Origin: Gallionellaceae bacterium UBA2239
GTDB taxonomy: Bacteria; Pseudomonadota; Gammaproteobacteria; Burkholderiales; UBA9220
Reading direction: 5' to 3'
NCBI GenBank assembly: GCA_002347615.1
Contig: DDYH01000006.1
Coordinates: forward strand, 8,573 to 72,572
DNA: 64,000 nt
Position numbers and translations under genes: made by a program. Positions 58,087-64,000 of this stretch are shown here, piece by piece. A model generated the notes under the pieces. The model saw only the letters and a list, made by a program, of their open reading frames with translations, did not search any database and was not told the DNA's origin. How positions within the stretch are numbered: position 1 is the stretch's first letter; every line of letters begins with the position of its first letter.

Positions 58087-59631
58087 CTAGTCGAATTGGA
58101 TCAGGGGCTTGCCGGTCATTTCCACCGGCTGCTTGAGCCCCATCATTTTCAGCAGGGTGGGGGCGACGTCTTCCAGGGCGCCCTTGCCCGGCGGGGCGAG
58201 TTTGGCCGGGCGGCCGATGTAGAGGAAGGGCACCGGGTACATGGTGTGGGCGGTGTGGGCGTCGTGGGTGGCCTCGTCGTACATCTTCTCGGCGTTGCCG
58301 TGGTCGGCGGTGATCAGCACTTCGCCGCCCATTTCCCGCATGGCGGGCACCACGCGGCCCAGGCATTCGTCCAGCACTTCCACCGCCCGGATCGCCGCGT
58401 CCATGATGCCGGTGTGGCCCACCATGTCGCCGTTGGCGTAGTTGCACACGATGGCGTCGTATTTGCCGCTTTGGATGGCTTCCACCAGCTTGTCGGTGAC
58501 CTCGTAGGCGCTCATTTCCGGCTTGAGGTCGTAGGTGGCCACGTGGGGCGACTGGACCAGGATGCGGTCTTCGCCCTGGACCGGGGTTTCCTCGCCGCCG
58601 TTGAAGAAGAAGGTGACGTGGGCGTATTTCTCGGTTTCGGCGATGCGCAGCTGGTGCAGGCCGAGCTTGGAGAGGTATTCGCCGAAGCCGTTGCGGATGC
58701 GCTCCGGCGGGAAGGCCACCGGCACGTTGAAATCGTCGCTGTAGCTGGTGAGGGTGACGTAATCCCCCAGCTTGGGCAGGGCCTCCCGGGTGAAACCGGT
58801 GAAGTTCGGCTCGATGAAGGCGCGGGTGATTTCCCGTGCCCGGTCGGCGCGGAAGTTCATGAACACCACCACGTCGTCGTCTTGGATGCGCACCGGCTCG
58901 CTCCCGGCGGGGACGATCAGGGTGGGTTTGACGAATTCGTCGTTCTCCCCCCGCTCGTAGGCCTGGCGCAGGCCATCGATGGCCGTGGGGGCGGCGTATT
59001 CGGCGCGGCCCAGGGTCATGGCGTCGTAGGCCTGCTTCACCCGATCCCAGCGCTTGTCCCGGTCCATCACGTAGTAGCGGCCGCAGATCAGGGCGATTTT
59101 CCCCACGCCGAGCTGGGCGCACTGGTCCTGGGCCTTTTTCAGGTAGGCTTCGGCGGAGCGGGGCGGCGTGTCACGGCCGTCGAGGAAAGCGTGGAGGTAG
59201 ATTTTGGTCAGCCCGGCCTTTGCCGCCATTTCCATCATGGCGTAGATGTGGGTGTCCAGGCTGTGCACCCCGCCGTCGGAAAGCAGGCCGAAGAGGTGCA
59301 GGGCTGAACCCTTATCCTTGGCCCCATTGACCGCACGCACCAGGGCGGTGTTGTGTTCGAAGTCGCCGTGTTCGATGGCGAGATTGATGCGGGTGAGGTC
59401 CTGGTACACCACGCGGCCGGCGCCGATGTTAAGATGCCCCACCTCCGAATTGCCCATCTGGCCCGTAGGCAGGCCCACGGCGGCCTCCGATGTCTGGATG
59501 GTGGTGTGGGGGTGGGTGTTCCAGTAGCGGTCCCAATTGGGCTTGCGGGCTTTGAAGATGGCGTTGTCTTCGCCGTCGGGACGGTAACCGAATCCGTCCA
59601 GAATGATCAACAGGACTGGGGTGACTTTCAT
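58087..59631 (-). CDS. gpmI: 2,3-bisphosphoglycerate-independent phosphoglycerate mutase
   Basis: 514 aa. LIILDGFGY, GNSEVGHLNIGAGR, ITADHGNAE. Confidence 0.96.
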   Translation of the reverse strand: MKVTPVLLIILDGFGYRPDGEDNAIFKARKPNWDRYWNTHPHTTIQTSEAAVGLPTGQMGNSEVGHLNIGAGRVVYQDLTRINLAIEHGDFEHNTALVRAVNGAKDKGSALHLFGLLSDGGVHSLDTHIYAMMEMAAKAGLTKIYLHAFLDGRDTPPRSAEAYLKKAQDQCAQLGVGKIALICGRYYVMDRDKRWDRVKQAYDAMTLGRAEYAAPTAIDGLRQAYERGENDEFVKPTLIVPAGSEPVRIQDDDVVVFMNFRADRAREITRAFIEPNFTGFTREALPKLGDYVTLTSYSDDFNVPVAFPPERIRNGFGEYLSKLGLHQLRIAETEKYAHVTFFFNGGEETPVQGEDRILVQSPHVATYDLKPEMSAYEVTDKLVEAIQSGKYDAIVCNYANGDMVGHTGIMDAAIRAVEVLDECLGRVVPAMREMGGEVLITADHGNAEKMYDEATHDAHTAHTMYPVPFLYIGRPAKLAPPGKGALEDVAPTLLKMMGLKQPVEMTGKPLIQFD

Positions 59632-59823
59632 TTTTTGAATTATGCGGGACTTCCGCCCTCTCGGGAAGCCCGCAAACCTTTCCTATGCTTGTTTCTCGTT
59701 TCGCTTATAGTATTATTTTATTACGTTTTAATATGACGCGCACCGAGACTTTTGCAAACGGGTAGAATGGGTCTTAAAGAAGCGTGCGGCGAACGGCAAG
59801 GCAAATTGAAGGGGTAAGGCAGC

Positions 59824-60144
59824 ATGGATGACTTGGATCAAGTGGAGCTGATTGACAGAGATGATCACATCGAGCAGGCCTCCCGGGCCATGAAGGCCAT
59901 GTCCCATCCCCTGCGGCTCAAAATCCTGTGCGTCCTGGGCGACCGCGAAATCAGCGTCCAGGACATCGTCGAAAGCGTCGGCACCACCCAAAGCAATATC
60001 TCCCAGCACTTGGCTATACTGCGGGACAAGGGGGTGTTGCGCACCCGCAAGGACGCCAACCGCGTCTACTACCGGGTCGGCGACCCGCGCACGCTGAAGC
60101 TGATCAGCATGATGCGGGACGTGTTCTGCGGCTTCGCCAAATAA
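59824..60144 (+). CDS. ArsR/SmtB-family transcriptional regulator
   Basis: AMKAMSHPLRLKILCVLGDREISVQDIVESVGTTQSNISQHLAILRDKGVL. Confidence 0.88.
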   Translation: MDDLDQVELIDRDDHIEQASRAMKAMSHPLRLKILCVLGDREISVQDIVESVGTTQSNISQHLAILRDKGVLRTRKDANRVYYRVGDPRTLKLISMMRDVFCGFAK

Positions 60145-60274
60145 CCCGGTATTTCCCCAACTGAGATTTTCCTGCCGAAGGGGCTTTATCGCTCCTTCGG
60201 GGTTAAAGCCTTAACGTATTGCTCAACAATGAATATCAGGTTATCCTAATATTCATTGTCAGAAAGGTTGCGCC

Positions 60275-61300
60275 ATGCGATCCGTATTTCTTGCCCTATT
60301 CCTGTTGTCGGCCCCGGCGGCCCAGGCCGCGCTCCCCTTCGCCACCGCCCGGGTGATGTACCGGGAAGTGGACCAGACCTACGCCGCCGAGGCCTATGTG
60401 GAGGCGGTGAAGCAGTCCACGGTGTCGGCCCAGATTTCCGGCCGGGTGGTGGAAGTGCTGTTCGACGTGGGGGATTACGTCAACAAGGGCGACGTCATCG
60501 CCCGCATCGACGAGCGGGAAGTGGCCCAGGCCTTTGCCGGCAGCCAGGCCCAGGCGGCCCAGGCCCAGGCCACCCTGGTCAACGCCAAGGCCAATTACGA
60601 GCGCCATCGGCAACTGTTCGCACGCAAGTTCGTCAGCCGGGCGGCCCTGGATAACGCCCTGGCCCAGTACAAGGCGGCCCAGGCGGCGGCGGCGGCGGCC
60701 GGCGCCGGCGCCGGGGTGGCGGAAACCACCCGTGGCTACGCCACCATCATCGCCCCCTACAGCGGCGTGGTGGCCTCCCGCCAGGTGGAAGTGGGGGAGA
60801 TGGCCGCCCCCGGCAAGCCCCTGATGACCGGTTTCGACCCCAAGGACCTGCGGGTGGTGGCCAGCGTTCCCCAGTACAAGATCGACGAGGTGCGCGGCGC
60901 CCTCCGGGCCGCGGTGGAGTTCCCCGCCCAGCGCAAGTGGGTGCAAGCCACTTCGGTGACTCTGCTGCCGGTGGCCGATGCCCGCACCCATACCACCCGG
61001 GTACGGCTCAATCTGCCCGAGGACCTGCGGGGCGTTTATCCCGGCCTGTTCGCCCGGGCCTATTTCACCATCGGCAAGGCGAAGAAGCTGCTGGTGCCCC
61101 AGGCCGCCGTGGTGCGCCGCAGCGAGGTCACCGGCGTCTACGTGGTGGACCCCAAGGGCAAGGTCAGCCTGCGCCAGGTGCGCCTGGGGGAGGTTCAGGT
61201 CAACGGCGACATGGAGGTCCTGGCCGGCCTCGCTTCCGGCGAGACGGTGGCCCTGGACCCGGTGAAGGCCGCCATCTATCTCAAGCAGCAAGCCAACTGA
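60275..61300 (+). CDS. RND efflux periplasmic adaptor (membrane fusion protein)
   Basis: Signal peptide. Lipoyl/hairpin pattern (VSAQISGRVVEV .. GDVIARID .. coiled coil .. IIAPYSGVVASRQVEVGEM). Confidence 0.88.
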   Translation: MRSVFLALFLLSAPAAQAALPFATARVMYREVDQTYAAEAYVEAVKQSTVSAQISGRVVEVLFDVGDYVNKGDVIARIDEREVAQAFAGSQAQAAQAQATLVNAKANYERHRQLFARKFVSRAALDNALAQYKAAQAAAAAAGAGAGVAETTRGYATIIAPYSGVVASRQVEVGEMAAPGKPLMTGFDPKDLRVVASVPQYKIDEVRGALRAAVEFPAQRKWVQATSVTLLPVADARTHTTRVRLNLPEDLRGVYPGLFARAYFTIGKAKKLLVPQAAVVRRSEVTGVYVVDPKGKVSLRQVRLGEVQVNGDMEVLAGLASGETVALDPVKAAIYLKQQAN

Positions 61301-61316
61301 CGGCCGGGGACCGAAT

Positions 61317-64000
61317 ATGGGCATTTCCGGCCGCATCGCCAAAAGTTTCCTGACTTCCCAGATCACCCCCCTGATCGCCCTGGTGGCGGCCTTGATGGGG
61401 CTGTTCGCCATCGGCGTCACGCCCCGGGAGGAGGAGCCCCAGATCAACGTCACCATGGCCAACGTGTTCATCCCCTTCCCCGGCGCCTCGGCCCGGGACG
61501 TGGAAACCCTGGTGGCCACTCCCGCCGAGCAGGTGCTGTCGATGATCTCCGGCATCGACCACGTGTATTCGGTTTCCAGGCCCGGCATGGCGGTGCTCAC
61601 CATCCAGTACAAGGTGGGGGAGGACCGCATCCAGGCCCTGGTGCGGCTCTACGACACCATCCAGTCCCACCGGGACTGGGTGTCGCCCAATCTCGGCGTG
61701 GGGGAACCCATCATCAAGCCGGTGGGCATCGACGACGTGCCCATCGTCTCCCTTACCCTGTGGACCGACGACCCCCAGCGGGGCGCCTTTGAACTGGAAC
61801 AGGTGGCCCACGCGGCGGAAATCGAGTTCAAGCGGGTGAAGGGCACCCGGGAGGTGTACACCCTGGGCGGCCCCAACCGGGTGGTGCGGGTAATCATGGA
61901 CCCGGAGAAGATGGCATCTTCCAACGTTTCCGCCCAGGACATCAAGAACGCCCTTCAGCTCACCAATGCCGCCCAGCCCTCGGGCAAGCTGGTGGCCGAG
62001 AACCAGGAACTGCTGGTGGAAACCGGCACCTTCCTCACCACCGCCCAGGACGTGAAGCAGCTGGTGGTGGGGGTGCAGGACAACAAGCCGGTGTTCATGA
62101 CCGACGTGGCCCAGGTGCTGGACGGCCCCGATCAGCCGGCCCGCTACCTGTGGATGGGCACCGGCCCGGCGGCCAAGGACAAGGCGATCAAGGACAAAGG
62201 GGAATTCCCCGCCGTGACCCTGGCTATCACCAAGAAGCCGGGGGAAAACGCGGTGGACATCGCCGACCGGGTGATGCAGCGGGTGGAGCAGCTCAAGGGC
62301 ACGGTGATCCCCGACGGGGTCAAGGCCACCGTCACCCGCAACTACGGCGAAACCGCCAACGACAAGGCGATGAAGCTGATCCAGAAGCTGATCTTCGCCA
62401 CCTCCGCCGTCGTGCTGCTGGTGCTGTTCGCCCTGGGCCGCCGGGAGGCGGTGATCGTGGGCGTGGCGGTGCTGCTGACCCTGGCCGCCACCCTCTTCGC
62501 CTCCTGGGCCTGGGGCTTCACCCTCAACCGGGTGTCCCTGTTCGCGCTGATCTTCTCCATTGGCATCCTGGTGGACGACGCCATCGTGGTGGTGGAGAAC
62601 ATCCACCGCCGGCGGGAGATCGACCACGGCAAGACCCTGGAGGAAATCATTCCCGGCGCCGTGGACGAAGTGGGCGGCCCCACCATCCTCGCCACCCTGA
62701 CGGTGATCGCGGCCCTGCTGCCCATGGCCTTCGTCTCCGGCCTGATGGGGCCCTACATGAGCCCGATCCCGATCAACGCCAGCTTCGGCATGGTCATTTC
62801 GCTGGCCATCGCCTTCGTCATCACCCCCTGGATGGCGCTCAAGCTGCTGTCGAAAAAGCATACGGCACCGTCCCATAGCGAGGTGGCGGCGGAATCCACC
62901 CTCCATGGATTCTTCAAGGACGTGCTCACCCCCTACCTCAAAGGGGCGCAGGGGGAGAAAAAGCGCAAGAAGCTGCTCAAGGTGATGCTGGGGTTGATCG
63001 CCTTCGCCGTCTCCCTGGCCCTGTTCAAGATCGTCATCCTCAAGATGCTGCCCTTCGACAACAAGTCGGAGTTCCAGGTGGTGGTGGACATGCCGGTGGG
63101 CACCCCCCTGGAGCAGACCGCCCGGGTGATGCGGGACATCGGCCAGTACGTGGCGACGATTCCCGAGGTGACCGACTACCAAGCCTACGTGGGCACCGCG
63201 TCCCCCATCAACTTCAACGGCCTGGTGCGCCAGTATTACCTGCGGGCCGGCAGCGAAGTGGGCGACATCCAGGTGAACCTGGTGGACAAGCACCAGCGGG
63301 ACCGCAAGAGCCATGAGATCGCCTCCGCCGCCCGCCCCGGCATCGAGAAGATCGCCGCCCGGCACGGCGCCAAGGTGAAGGTGGTGGAAGTGCCCCCGGG
63401 GCCCCCGGTGATGTCCCCCATCGTGGCCGAGGTCTACGGCCCGGACTACGACGGCCAGATGGCGGTGGCCAAGCAGGTGCGCGCCGCCTTCGCCAAGACC
63501 GCCGACATCGTGGGCATCGACGACACGGTGGAGGAGGACGCCAACAAACTGGTGCTGCGGGTGCTGCAAAACAAGGCGGCCCTGATGGGCGTGGCCCAGA
63601 AGGACGTGGTGGAGGTGATGAAGATGGGCCTGGCCGGGGAGGACGTCACCCCGGTCCACAGCGGCGCCGCCAAGTACGAGGTGCCGGTGCGCCTCAAGCT
63701 CTCCCCCGAGCGCCAATCCAGCCTGGACGACTTGCTGAAGCTCACCGTCCGCGCCCAGGACGGCACCCTGGTGCCCCTGTCGGAACTGGTGGAAGTGCGG
63801 CAGTCGGAGCGGGAGAAGACCATCTACCACAAGGACCTGCTGCCGGTGGTGTTCGTGATCGCGGACATGGCGGGCAAGCTGGACAGCCCCCTCTACGGCA
63901 TGTTCGGCATCCGCTCGGCGGTGAAGGGCGTGGAACTGAAGCAGGGCGGCAAGCTGGGTGACTACTTCATCCGCCAGCCCGACGACCCCTACGCCGGCTA
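61317..64000 (+). CDS. RND efflux permease (AcrB/CzcA superfamily), 3' end beyond the window
   Basis: My translation from ATG 61317: MGISGRIAKSFLTSQITPLIALVAALMGLFAIGVTPREEEPQINVT... The frame appears open to nt 64000 (read through about 61700 and spot-checked beyond); not in the ORF track because no stop is reached. Confidence 0.85.
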   Translation, partial: MGISGRIAKSFLTSQITPLIALVAALMGLFAIGVTPREEEPQINVTMANVFIPFPGASARDVETLVATPAEQVLSMISGIDHVYSVSRPGMAVLTIQYKVGEDRIQALVRLYDTIQSHRDWVSPNLGVGEPIIKPVGIDDVPIVSLTLWTDDPQRGAFELEQVAHAAEIEFKRVKGTREVYTLGGPNRVVRVIMDPEKMASSNVSAQDIKNALQLTNAAQPSGKLVAENQELLVETGTFLTTAQDVKQLVVGVQDNKPVFMTDVAQVLDGPDQPARYLWMGTGPAAKDKAIKDKGEFPAVTLAITKKPGENAVDIADRVMQRVEQLKGTVIPDGVKATVTRNYGETANDKAMKLIQKLIFATSAVVLLVLFALGRREAVIVGVAVLLTLAATLFASWAWGFTLNRVSLFALIFSIGILVDDAIVVVENIHRRREIDHGKTLEEIIPGAVDEVGGPTILATLTVIAALLPMAFVSGLMGPYMSPIPINASFGMVISLAIAFVITPWMALKLLSKKHTAPSHSEVAAESTLHGFFKDVLTPYLKGAQGEKKRKKLLKVMLGLIAFAVSLALFKIVILKMLPFDNKSEFQVVVDMPVGTPLEQTARVMRDIGQYVATIPEVTDYQAYVGTASPINFNGLVRQYYLRAGSEVGDIQVNLVDKHQRDRKSHEIASAARPGIEKIAARHGAKVKVVEVPPGPPVMSPIVAEVYGPDYDGQMAVAKQVRAAFAKTADIVGIDDTVEEDANKLVLRVLQNKAALMGVAQKDVVEVMKMGLAGEDVTPVHSGAAKYEVPVRLKLSPERQSSLDDLLKLTVRAQDGTLVPLSELVEVRQSEREKTIYHKDLLPVVFVIADMAGKLDSPLYGMFGIRSAVKGVELKQGGKLGDYFIRQPDDPYAG

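Noticed and set aside
60684-60715. GGC/GCC trinucleotide run in the RND adaptor gene (AAAAAAGAGAG).
   Set aside because: It is a frame-preserving, Ala/Gly-rich linker typical of high-G+C genes, and not evidence of a contingency locus.

Overview
High-G+C chromosomal window (about two-thirds G+C by eye). Gene content and order (slmA; lptE-holA-leuS; nadD-rsfS-rlmH-maf-rng; hslVU; proC-yggT-yggU) point to a Betaproteobacterium; this is an inference. Most of the window is housekeeping, but there are two lower-G+C accessory islands. Island 1 (about 9.9-17.1 kb) is a complete type II-C CRISPR-Cas locus. It has cas9 (1022 aa, RuvC and HNH motifs intact), cas1, cas2, a predicted antisense tracrRNA just upstream of cas9, and a 32-repeat array (36-nt repeats, spacers mostly 30 nt) that appears to be transcribed towards the cas genes. 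The array has three oddities. A 173-bp MITE-like element with 18-bp TIRs and a 5-bp TSD sits exactly at a spacer/repeat junction, and a second copy lies at 4.2 kb. A 342-bp non-repeat insert carrying a small RBS-preceded ORF lies before the degenerate terminal repeat. Two spacers are near-identical. Island 2 (about 36.9-42.6 kb, downstream of hslU) is a defence/toxin-antitoxin mosaic. It contains an ABC-type ATPase translationally coupled to a DUF4276-like (Toprim-like) protein. It also contains vapBC with a 1-nt deletion in vapC, and remnants of a methyltransferase and a RhuM-like gene. The last module is an AbiEi-like regulator plus a nucleotidyltransferase whose reading frame is broken inside a (GCCT)7 tetranucleotide tract; 5 or 8 units would restore it, so it is a candidate phase-variable switch. 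Several families of palindromic intergenic repeats are scattered across the window. One family has inserted three times in frame into the essential leuS gene, adding about 115 aa in total. Many long ORFs in the six-frame track are antisense or frame-shadow artefacts of the high G+C and are not called.
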